Shown in pieces: positions 15,001-25,388 of a DNA stretch of 64,000 nt (the first letter of the stretch is position 1; each line of letters begins with the position of its first letter). Below the pieces are notes generated by a model. That model worked only from the letters and a program-made list of their open reading frames with translations. It ran no database searches and was not told where the DNA came from. A program made the translations under genes and the position numbers. Source of the DNA: Eledone cirrhosa (taxonomy: Eukaryota); the NCBI GenBank assembly GCA_964016885.1, contig OZ024742.1, positions 356,810,001 through 356,874,000 of the forward strand, read 5' to 3'.

Positions 15001-18000
15001 ACATCTAACCCTCTACCAATACTGCCAATCCACCACACATGGCATCTAACCCTCTACCAATACTGCCAATCCAGCACCCATGGTGTCCAACCCTCTACCA
15101 ATACTGCCAATCAACCACCCATGGCATCCAACCCTCTACCAATACTGCCAATTAACCACCCATGGCATCCAACCCTCTCCCAATACTGCCAATCCACCAC
15201 CCATGGCATCTGCCCCTCTACCTATACTGCCAATCCACAACCCATGGCATCCAACCCTCTACCAATACTGCCAATCAACCACCCATGGCATCCAACCCTC
15301 TCCCAAGACTGCCAACCAACCACCCATGGCATCCAACCCTCAACCAATACTGCGAATCCACCACCCATGGCATCTGCCCCTCTACCTCTACTGCCAATCC
15401 ACAACCCATGGCATCCAACCCTCTATCAATACTGCCAATCAACCACCCATGACATCCAACCCTCTCCCAATACTGCCAATCAACCACCCATGTCATCCAA
15501 CCCTCAACCAATACTGCCAATCCACCACCCATGGCATCTGCCCCTCTAACTATATTGCCAATCCACAACCCATGGCGTCCAACCCTCTACCAATACTGCC
15601 AATCCCCACCCATGGCATCCAACCCTCTACCAATACTGCCAATCAACCACCCATGACATCCAACCCTCTCCCAATACTGCCAATCAACCACCCATGTCAT
15701 CCAACCCTCAACCGATACTGCCAATCAACCACCCATGACATCCAACCCTCTACCAATACTGCCAATCAATCACTCATGGCATCCAACCCTCAACCAATAC
15801 TGCCAATTCACGACCAATGCCATCCGCCCCTCTACCTATACTGCCAATCCACAACTCATGGCGTCCAACCCTCTCCCAATACTGCCAATCCACCACCCAT
15901 GGCATCTGCCCCTCTACCTATACTGCCAATCCACAACCCATGGCATCCAACCCTCTACCAATACTGCCAATCAACCACCCATGGCATCCAACCCTCTCCC
16001 AAGACTGCCAACCAACCACCCATGGCATCCAACCCTCAACCAATACTGCGAATCCACCACCCATGGCATCTGCCCCTCTACCTATACTGCCAATCCACAA
16101 CCCATGGCATCCAACCGTCTACCAATACTGCCAATCAACCACCCATGACATCCAACCCTCTCCCAATACTGCCAATCAACCACCCATGTCCTCCAACCCT
16201 CAACCAATACTGCCAATCCACCACCCATGGCATCTGCCCCTCTAACTATATTGCCAATCCACAACCCATGGCGTCCAACCCTCTACCAATACTGCCAATC
16301 CCCACCCATGGCATCCAACCCTCTACCAATACTGCCAATCAACCACCCATGACATCCAACCCTCTCCCAATACTGCCAATCAACCACCCATGTCATCCAA
16401 CCCTCAACCAATACTGCCAATCAACCACCCATGACATCCAACCCTCTACCAATACTGCCAATCAATCACTCATGGCATCCAACCCTCAACCAATACTGCC
16501 AATTCACGACCAATGCCATCCGCCCCTCTACCTATACTGCCAATCCACAACTCATGGCGTCCAACCCTCTAACAATACTGCCAATCCACCACCCATGGCA
16601 TCCAACGCCCTACCAATTCTGCAAATCCACCACCCATGGCATCCGACCCTCTACCTATACTGCCAATCCAGAACCCATGGCGTGCACCCCTCTACTGCCA
16701 ATCCGTCACCCATGGCGTCCAACCCTCTACCAATACTGCCAATCCACTAGCATGGCGTCCGACCCACTACCAATACTGCCAATCCACCACCGATGGCGTC
16801 CCACCCTCTACCAATACTGCCAATCCAGCACCCATAGCGTCCGACCCTCTACCAATACTGCCAATCAACCACCCATGGCATCCAACCCTCTAACAATTCT
16901 GCCAATCCACCACACATGGCATTCAATCCTCTACCAATACTGCCAATCTACCACCCATGGCATCCCTCCTCTAACAATTCTGCCAATCCACCACACATGG
17001 CATCTAACCATCTACCAATACTGCCAATCCACCACACATGGCATCTAACCCTCTACCAATACTTCCAATCCACCACACATGGCATCTAACCCTCTACCAA
17101 TACTGCCAATCCCCCACCATGGCGTCCAACCCTCTACCAATACTGCCAATCTAGCACCCATGGCATTCAATCCTCTACCAATACTGCCAATCAACCACCC
17201 ATGGCATCCAACCCTCAACCAATACTGCCAATCCACCACCCATGGCAACTGCCCCTCTACCTATACTGTCAATCCACAACCCATGGCGTCCAACCCTCTA
17301 CCAATACTGCCAATCCACCACCCATGGCAACTGCCCCTCTACCAATTCTGCAAATCCACTACCCATGGCGTCCGACCTTCTATGAATACCGCCAATCCAC
17401 CACACATGCGTCTAAGCCTCTACCAATTCTGCAAATCCACCACCCATGGCGTCCAACCCTCTACCAATTCTGCAAATCCACCACCAATGGCGTCCAATCC
17501 TCTACCTATACTGCCAATCCACCACCCATGTCGTCCGACCCTCTACCAATGCTGCCAATCCACCACACATGACGTCCAACCCTCTACCACTACTGCCAAT
17601 CGACACCCATGGGGTCCAACCCTCTACCAATACTGCCAATCCACCACCCATAGCGTCTAACCCTCTACCAATACTGCCAATCCACCACCTATGTCATCCG
17701 CCCTTCTACCTATACTGCCAATCCACCACCCATGGCGTCCAACCCTCTACCAATACTGCCAATCCACCACCAAGTTTTTCCAACCCTCTACCAATACTGC
17801 CAATCTACCGCCCATGGCATCCAACCCTCTACCAATACTGCCAATCTACCGCCCATGGCATCCAACCCTCTACCAATACTGCCAATCAATCACCCATGGC
17901 ATCCGCCCCTCTACCAATACTGCCAATCCACCCCATGGCCCGACCCTCTACCAATACTGCACATCCATCACCCACGGCATCTAACCCTCTACCAATACTG

Positions 18001-18463
18001 CCAATCCACCACCCATGGCATTCAATCCTCTACCAATACTGCCAATCCACCACCCATGGCATCTACCCTCTACCAATACTGCCAATCCACCACACATGGC
18101 ATCTAACCCTCTACCAATACTGCCAATCCACCAACCATGGCATCCAACCCTCTACCAATACTGCCAATCCACCACACATGGCATCTAACCCTCTACCAAT
18201 ACTGCCAATCCACCAACCATGGCATCCAACCCTCTACAAATACTGCCAATCCACCACACAAGGCATCTAACCCTCTACATATACTGCCAAACCACCACCC
18301 ATGGCATCCAACCCTCTACCAATACTGCCAATCCACCACCTATGGCATCCAACCCTCTACCAATACTGCCAATCTATCACCCATGGCGTCCAACCCTCTA
18401 CCAATAGTGCCAATACGCCACCCATGGTGTCCAACCCTCTACCAATACTGCCAATCCACCACC
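1..18463. repeat. 41-bp tandem satellite/minisatellite array (C/A-rich on + strand), open at the left window edge
   Basis: Continuous head-to-tail units ATGGCRTCCAACCCTCTACCAATACTGCCAATCCACCACCC with point variants and 35/40/42-bp length variants. ORF starts recur at 41-bp offsets (e.g. 520/561/602; 4861/4902/4943). The array stops abruptly at ...CCAATCCACCACC 18463. Confidence 0.98.
8729..12290. repeat. Higher-order duplication of ~1-3560 at an 8727/8728-bp offset within the 41-bp array
   Basis: Near-identical variant patterns and ORFs at a constant offset: 281/9009, 1422/10150, 2435/11163, 3002/11730, 3487/12215. End coordinates are approximate. Confidence 0.9.
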
Positions 18464-18683
18464 TGTGGTGATGATAATAAACTGAGATATCTGCTGCTAG
18501 TCAACAGTATACTATCTGAGTTTGTAAAATATATATATCGTCAGATGAATTGACTTAGCTGAAATGTTGAAATCATTGCCACTGTTTCTACTTAGTAAAT
18601 AAATTGTTATACTCTACATACCAGTATTGAGTGTGCTAATGTTGGAATAGTTTAAATACTATGGTATTTTAAGCACATATTCT

Positions 18684-18714
<31 letters not shown>

Positions 18715-18739
18715 ACTGCATTGGTTCTTTCCAAGGACT

Positions 18740-18870
18740 ATAATAATAATAATGAAATGATTGTGTACAGTGCTCAGGTGCACTACAACTCAACAAAGGT
18801 ACATGCATAGTACATACAATAATGTACAAATGTCAGGAAAATGAACAGTGTACGAATCATGAAATATATG
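18740..18870 (-). mobile_element. 3'-end fragment of the CR1/L2-type LINE (3' UTR plus (ATT)n tail)
   Basis: Reverse complement matches ~29233-29357 (GAGTTGTAGTGCACCTGAGCACTGTACACA...TTTCATTATTAT). Confidence 0.85.
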
Positions 18871-19296
18871 TTGAAAAATAAACCTTATTTGTTCATTCCA
18901 TGAGAGTATCTTGTTCAGCTTATGAAAATTGCAGCTGACCCTTGTAGGTGTGTTTAATAAAAGTTATCTTAGTTCAGATCTAAACCAATAACAACACCAC
19001 CAACATTTGCTACTCTGTCATCAAGATAGCTATATATCCAAGCCAGTTTATATAACATTTTAAAGCTACAGTATATTATGTTCTTAGCTTTTATTGTAAG
19101 TTATCTATTATTGTGCTAACATTTATTGTATTTTTTAAAACAAAGTTTAATTTATAAACAAAATAGCTTTTTTTTTTTCATGCAAAAATATATTTTTCAT
19201 TAATTTCTTCAGAAAGTGGAAAAATGTTTATTAGCAAAACCTCTTTTATAAAATAGAGTTAGATTTTGATATTTTGCAGCTATGCACTCTGGCATG

Positions 19297-19366
19297 TACA
19301 CACACACACATATGTGTGTGTGCATATGCCTGTATGTGTGTGTGTATATATATATATGTGTGTGCG

Positions 19367-19401
<35 letters not shown>

Positions 19402-19430
19402 ATATATATTTATATATGTGTGTGTGTGTG

Positions 19431-19462
<32 letters not shown>

Positions 19463-19503
19463 CACACACATATATATACATATATACACACACATATATG
19501 TAT

Positions 19504-19534
<31 letters not shown>

Positions 19535-19575
19535 CACACACATATATATATATATATACACACACATATATATAT

Positions 19576-19614
<39 letters not shown>

Positions 19615-19645
19615 TATATATAGACACATATATATATATATATAT
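19297..19645. repeat. Compound (TA)n/(TG)n/(CA)n microsatellite
   Basis: Direct reading. The first half is TG/TA-rich and the second half CA/TA-rich. Confidence 0.97.
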
Positions 19646-20019
19646 TCATAAACAGAGGGAAGGTGGAGGCTAGAGCATGAAGTTGGGAAAGGTGGGGAGC
19701 AAGTAAGATAACACTTTCAGAGGTGCCCACCTTGATGAGATAGAACACGTTTTGTGCTCCACTGAATAAACCTCTCAAAATCTGTACAATATTTAACGCT
19801 ATATAAGCACATATATTGTTTAATAATACTACAACCCATATAATAGATGTCCCACGTTTCTGCTTCCTTCTTTCTCTTATTCTATCAGTTTGCATTCCTA
19901 CTTGTATCTCTTGTACACCCAGCAAAATACACACATTCACACACAAGGACAGAGTTGTGTTTTTCAGTCCCATCTCCAGAAACAGAGATACTATGTGATT
20001 CTCAAAAATGGCATATATC

Positions 20020-20455
20020 ATCATTATCATCATCACTGTTTAACATCCATTTTCCACATAAGCACGGGTTAGGGGGTGTTGTCCCATTGTGGCACAGCCA
20101 GGTCACACAGAACTGATTTCAGCTTGGTTTCTATGGCTGGATGCCCTTCCTCATGCCAATCACACTTACACTGCGTGCTGGGTGCTTTTTATCATGATAC
20201 CTACATGAACACTTTCCAGTGTGGGCTGGGCGCTTTTTACCGAGACTCATACAAAACCATTTCACAGTGTGGGCTTGGGAATTTTTTCATGACACCAAGA
20301 TGAACACTCTACAGTGAAGGCAGGCCGCTTTTGTCACGATAGTTACATGACTACTTTACAGTGTTGAATGGGCGCTACTTGTTGTGACACCTACATAATA
20401 ACTTTACAGTGTGGACTGGGTGCATTTTGTAGTGGCACCTACACAACCACTTACA
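20020..20455. mobile_element. Degenerate interspersed repeat ((CAT)n-tailed, GGATGCCCTTCC core) whose end is expanded into ~6 copies of a ~47-bp unit (20163-20455)
   Basis: CATCATCACTGTTTAACATCCATTTTCCA...GGCTGGATGCCCTTCC, then repeated CACTTTACAGTGTGGRCTGGGYGCTTTTT...ACAYCTACATGAA-like units. The same core recurs at 27839 and 27974. Confidence 0.6.
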
Positions 20456-20587
20456 CACACACACACATATATATAAGCTTGTGTATATACATATGTGTAT
20501 ATATTTTCACATGAATTATTTTGTTTTTTACTGTGTATTTTATATGGAAATATGGAAAAGTGGCTGTAAAAAGGATGATGATGATTG

Positions 20588-20589
<2 letters not shown>

Positions 20590-20633
<44 letters not shown>
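20590..20633. repeat. (TA)n microsatellite
   Basis: Direct reading. Similar (TA)n runs lie at ~18685-18710, 20795-20814, 22313-22353, 23110-23148 and 23779-23813. Confidence 0.97.
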
Positions 20634-20637
<4 letters not shown>

Positions 20638-21359
20638 ATAATAATAAATTTGAAGACTAAAATCCAAAGAGGGCTCGATAAGGATAAATATATATCAAAT
20701 ATATAAGAACCGTAGAGCAAATATTTTCAGAAGATCCCGTTAAGGGTGAAAGCAGCGATTCTTTGCTTAAACTTTAATCTGTTATTTTAATAAATATATA
20801 TATATATATATATATGATGTGTTTAGGTGTGTCTTAGCACATATAAGCTCACATATCTGATGAGATGTCAAAAAAGAGTTGAATCCCATGACCTTGATTC
20901 TACACTGAACTGATCAATATAGAAACAATTGTAATATGTAAATAAAGTTTGTACATATGCTGCAACACTGACTTTGACTCTTTAAAATATATATATATCT
21001 GTGATATATATAGATATACTGAAAAACGTTTTTCCACTTTACGCAGAAATTAATGAAAAATATATTGTTGCAAAAACAGAAGAGTTATTTTGTTTAAAAT
21101 TTTAACTGTTTTTAATACAAAAAATGTTCGCAAAATAATAGATAAATTACAATAAAAGCCAGGAACATAATATACTATAGCTTTAAAATGTTGTATAAAC
21201 TGGCTTTGATATATTACTATCTTGGTGACGGAGTAGCAAATGGTTTGGTTCTTGTTTGTTGGTGGCGTTGTTGGTTTAGATCTGAATTAAGATGACTTTT
21301 ATTAAACACACTACGAGGCTGGCTGGAAAGAATGTTCATAAGCTGACTATGAACATGGG

Positions 21360-21483
21360 ATAGAATGCTTTATGGTATTCATTCCGGCTCTCTGCTCTCT
21401 GACTTCGAATTCTGCCAAGGTTAACTTTGCCTTTCATCCTTTTGAGGTCAATAAAAAAGTACCAGTTTAGTACTTGATCGATT
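21360..21483 (+). mobile_element. Degenerate tRNA-derived SINE (family A) fragment
   Basis: CTGACTTCGAATTCTGCCAAGGTTAACTTTGCCTTTCATCCTTTTGAGGTCAATAAAAAAGTACCAG is homologous to 22096-22165 and carries a degenerate B box. Confidence 0.75.
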
Positions 21484-21634
21484 CTTCCTCTCTCTGGAAG
21501 AAATCTACCATGCTCAGGCTTGAAGAGGGATGGGCTCCACCAGCCTTAAAAAAGGCAAAAAAGTACTATGTGTCAATACGGCATCCCTACAACTCTATCA
21601 GCAGTTACGGGACCATACATACATGAGGAGAGAA

Positions 21635-21714
21635 GACCCCCTTCGGTCACGAATGACCATGGGATTTGTACCTAGAAAGTTTCCCTCTGAGACACAAGTC
21701 TGGGCAAGATTGTG
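21635..21714 (-). mobile_element. 3' fragment of SINE family B
   Basis: The reverse complement (…GAGGGAAACTTTCTAGGTACAAATCCCATGGTCATTCGTGACCGAAGGGG) matches 31340-31418. Confidence 0.75.
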
Positions 21715-22095
21715 AATTTTGTGAATTTAACTTTTCAAGGAGTTACCTCCCTTGAAATCCGTCTCTACTTAATAAGATAAATTTCCTAAAAGTAGCCATC
21801 TTGTTACGCATAGGCAGATTTTGTTTACTATAGCCTCGACAGATGTGTAATGCTTGTTTATAGCAGACATTTGAGCCCTCCAAGACCCTTTTCGGGAACA
21901 TCTGAGTAATCTTTATGGACATGTAACCCTTTTATTTTATTTTATATTTCTTATTCCATTTTATCTATATCAATATTTTCATTATCTCATCTGACGTTCT
22001 GAAGTACTGCTCCATAATATAACTTAGGTTACTTATCTTTCTCTGAATCAGATCAATAACGATCTAATAATCGATTGATCCAGAAATATTATTAT

Positions 22096-22225
22096 TGAGT
22101 TCAAATCCCGCCGAGGTTGACTTTGACTTTCATCCTTACGGGGTCGATAAAATAAAGTACCAGTAATGCACTGGGTAATTGCTGGCCTTGTGCCTAACGT
22201 AGAAACAATTATTATTATTATTATT
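22096..22225 (+). mobile_element. 5'-truncated SINE family A copy (B box through (ATT)n tail)
   Basis: GAGTTCAAATCCC (B box GTTCRANNC), body GCCGAGGTTGACTTTGACTTTCATCC...GTCGATAAAATAAAGTACCAG...GCTGGCCTTGTGCC, tail AGAAACAATTATTATTATT. It is the reverse complement of 29427-29545. Confidence 0.88.
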
Positions 22226-22309
22226 CCTTACATTAAACTGCAACTAATGTTGACACTCTTTAACTAACGTCTTCCATGTGAATTTTGTGGTCTTGATTTG
22301 CTTAAATAA

Positions 22310-22355
<46 letters not shown>

Positions 22356-22454
22356 TGGTAATAATAATATTATTATTAATAAATGGAGTATTAAACTGCT
22401 TTACCGGATGGTTAAAAGCTCAGTGTGCTGGGATTCAGACAGACCTGTTATATA

Positions 22455-23108
22455 CTGATTTCAAAAACACCAAAGATTCAAGGTATTGTCAAACTGACCT
22501 AACCCTCGTCCCAGGGTCATATAACTGCAGTTCAAAAAACCCTGAAATTTTAATTAAAAATTATTTTTAAATGTTTATGGTTTTATAACTTGACATTGGT
22601 TCAAGGTCGGTATCATCAGAGTTTATTTCTGCATATCGATATTTCGCATAGGTTGGCGGTTCATTACTCATCATCATTCACAATAATTGTTTCTACATTT
22701 GGAACAAGGCCAGCAATTACCCAGTACATTACTGGTACTTTATGTTACGGAGTCGATAAAATAAACTACCAGTAATGTACTTGGTAATTACTCATCATCA
22801 TTCACAATAATAACAGATAGCAAGAATACTCAAGAAAGTTCAACATTTCGAGAAATCTTCAAAACCTTTAGATTCTCTTCACAAAATAAACAAAAAGAGT
22901 TACTTAAAAATATTTTTCAAATGAACTGTTTCAAAAAGCAAGTCAGTAGCTTTAAGAGTCCGTTAAAAAATAGTGTAGTAATGGTGCATGTATGATAGAT
23001 TGTGTGTGAGAGTTTGACCTGCAGCTATATGACTCCAGGATGAGATTTAGGTTGGCAGAAACATGTCACATTGACAATGCTTTGAATCTTTGGTGTTTTT
23101 TGAAATCA

Positions 23109-23109
<1 letters not shown>
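22455..23109. mobile_element. MITE-like element with ~80-100-bp diverged terminal inverted repeats, flanked by TA
   Basis: Left TA|CTGATTTCAAAAACACCAAAGATTCAAGGTATTGTCAA...GTCATATAACTGCAGTTCAAA (22455-22536). Right TTTGACCTGCAGCTATATGAC...TTGACAATGCTTTGAATCTTTGGTGTTTTTTGAAATCAG|TA (23013-23109). No ORF. Confidence 0.75.
22663..22811. mobile_element. Fold-back SINE family A 3' fragment flanked by a perfect 25-bp direct repeat
   Basis: ATTACTCATCATCATTCACAATAAT at 22663-22687 and 22787-22811. Between them is the SINE 3' end on the minus strand followed by an overlapping SINE piece on the plus strand. Confidence 0.8.
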
Positions 23110-23151
<42 letters not shown>

Positions 23152-23310
23152 GAAACACACAGATACATGCGGACACACACATATATACATGAATGCATCC
23201 GCACCCAACTGTGAGTTAAGGGTGCCAACTTCACCGATGTTGCTCAATGAATGACTGGGACAGACCAATTCAGTTTGAACCAGACTGAACCAGTATCAGA
23301 GTTAAAAATA

Positions 23311-23775
23311 CATTATGAAGAGAGAAGAAACATTTAGATATAATTAGTAATAAAATGTATCATACCTAAGCTGTTCCTAAATTCCTCGACTACGTAGTTT
23401 CGTGGCATAAACAAAAACAATATATCAAAGATATAGAGTCCTTGCGAGGTCTGCCGACTTATCAAGAGGATACCTCATTTTACTAGTCTCAAGAACGTGT
23501 CTACACGACGTGAGAAAGAATCCCAAAAGGCGGAGGGGGAGATAGTCACGCGATATAACGGTCGAGAAACAGAGCTCACGTCGTGTAGACGCGTTCTTGA
23601 GACTAGTAAAATGAGGTATCCTCTTGATAAGTCGGCAGACCTCGCAAGGACTCTATATCTTTGATATATTGTTTTTGTTTATGCCACGAAACTACGTAGT
23701 CGAGGAATTTAGGAACAGTTTAGGTATGATACATTTTATTACTAATTATATCTAAATGTTTCTTCTCTCTTCATA

Positions 23776-23778
<3 letters not shown>
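23311..23778. mobile_element. Young foldback/MITE element: 204-bp near-perfect inverted arms, 60-bp spacer, TA flanks
   Basis: Arm 23311-23514 (CATTATGAAGAGAGAAG...CTACACGACGTGAG) is the reverse complement of 23575-23778, with two mismatches seen by eye. TA lies at 23309-23310 and 23779-23780. Confidence 0.92.
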
Positions 23779-23824
<46 letters not shown>

Positions 23825-25180
23825 TATAAGTAAAAAACAAATAATCGAAAATGGTCCCACCCTTGCAAGCAGGGAAAAAGCAGACGTAAAATGAAATGAT
23901 GATAATGATGATGTTGAATAACAAAGAGTGCAGTACGAACAAGACAATCAAATTTCAATACACCTGCATTTTCTCATTTTATTTCTTATTTACACAAGCA
24001 CCTTTATGTCTTGTGTTCTATTGTTTGTGAGAATCTTTTGGTCACCATGTTTTCTATACATGAGATGAAGATATGTAGGTGGCTTTAGTGTAGTTTAATA
24101 TATGTATATATCTTCAACAAGCTTCATACAGTTATCATTTGATCATTTACAAAGTATTGCTTTGCCCAAGGCTATAGCAAAGGATACTTGCTGAATATTT
24201 CATGCAATCTAATGTAATAAAACCCCAAACACATATAGGCAGGAAATGTTTTCAACTACACAATCATACCTGCACGTCATATACACACACACACACGATT
24301 TAATACATCACACATATATATATATGCGAATGTGTATGTATGTTTTTCTGTGTGTTTGTCTGTACTTATATTTAAGCATATGCTATATGTTTATATACAA
24401 TAAACCTATGAGAGATTTGCTATCTACAGAAAAACATTTTTCTCACTTTTCCTCCGTGAATATGTCACAAATAACTAAATAGCTGTTGAGAATGCCAGAC
24501 AGCTGTTTCATGATTCATTAATGTCTCACTAGTGACATTTTCTCAACCAATACTAAGATAAAAATAGACTAGAGCCTATATAGATTTTGCTGCCGATGTT
24601 CATTTGCATATTACAAATAGAAAATATTGACTGGAAATACTCATTTGCATATGTGAACTCGGTTGACTATAAGTATACAATTTTTAATGCAGAATTAGAC
24701 TCTAAACATTATTTTGAAACAATGTAGTCTATTGATATATGAAATTATTCTCATGTTTCTTATGGAATCTTCATAAAACACTGTTTTAAAACCTCACTCA
24801 CACACACATACACACGCAGATATACACACACGCATGTTCATACACACATATATATATGTAGGTTGACATACTTCACCACCTCCCCAAAAGATGATAGTTT
24901 CTAGATATTTTCCTATTAGATAATCACTTCTTTTCATTATTACATTACTTTCTCTCTTGATGAATGCCATTAACATATTAAGAAATTTTTTATTAGAAAA
25001 TTTTTCTGAGACTGAATGTAACAATGATTATATTATTGGTATTAATTTGATGGTTTTCTATTTAATTACCTAGATGTAAAACAAAGTACCACGATGAGAT
25101 AGCGAGGGGCTGAAGCCAAGGAGAGGGAACCTGTACTTTGTCATTTGACTTGTTAGAAATAACACCTTAATCAACTTAAA

Positions 25181-25388
25181 CCCTTTAGCATTTAAACCAG
25201 CCATATCCAGCCAGAATTCTTTCACCTCTTTCTGTTCAAACCGGCTGTAACTAGCCACTCATACTGGTGTTAAGGTATGGTTCTTAAAATCAATAATATC
25301 AAAATCTCATAGATTTTATATTATGTGAGATAAATCCTTTACTGCAAAAATACAATAATAAATATAGAATAATGTTAATGCTAAAGGG
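25181..25388. mobile_element. piggyBac-like non-autonomous element (208 bp)
   Basis: 12-bp TIRs CCCTTTAGCATT / AATGCTAAAGGG. TTAA follows the right end (25389-25392) and TTAAA precedes the left end. CCC...GGG termini with TTAA target sites are characteristic of the piggyBac superfamily. Confidence 0.7.

Larger units (their letters stand above)
18915..21346. repeat. Diverged ~320-bp inverted repeat pair (arms 18915-19229 and 21024-21346); possible decayed DNA transposon
   Basis: TCAGCTTATGAA...GTGTGTTTAATAAAAGTTATCTTAGTTCAGATCTAAACCAA...CATTTTAAAGCTA...AAAGTGGAAAAATGTTT is mirrored by AAACGTTTTTCCACTTT...TAGCTTTAAAATG...TTGGTTTAGATCTGAATTAAGATGACTTTTATTAAACACAC...TTCATAAGCTGA. Confidence 0.85.

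Noticed and set aside
1-18463. Many overlapping Pro/His/Thr-rich ORFs (MASNPLPILPIHHPW..., up to 556 aa)
   Set aside because: The unit of 41 bp is not a multiple of 3 and the consensus has no stop in any + frame, so ORFs cycle through all frames. Stops and frameshifts are scattered at random.
1-18463. CRISPR-like array
   Set aside because: Units are head-to-tail with no unique spacers, there are no cas genes, and the context is eukaryotic.
19246-20036. ORFs rich in Y/I/C/V/T/H
   Set aside because: Translations of dinucleotide microsatellites.
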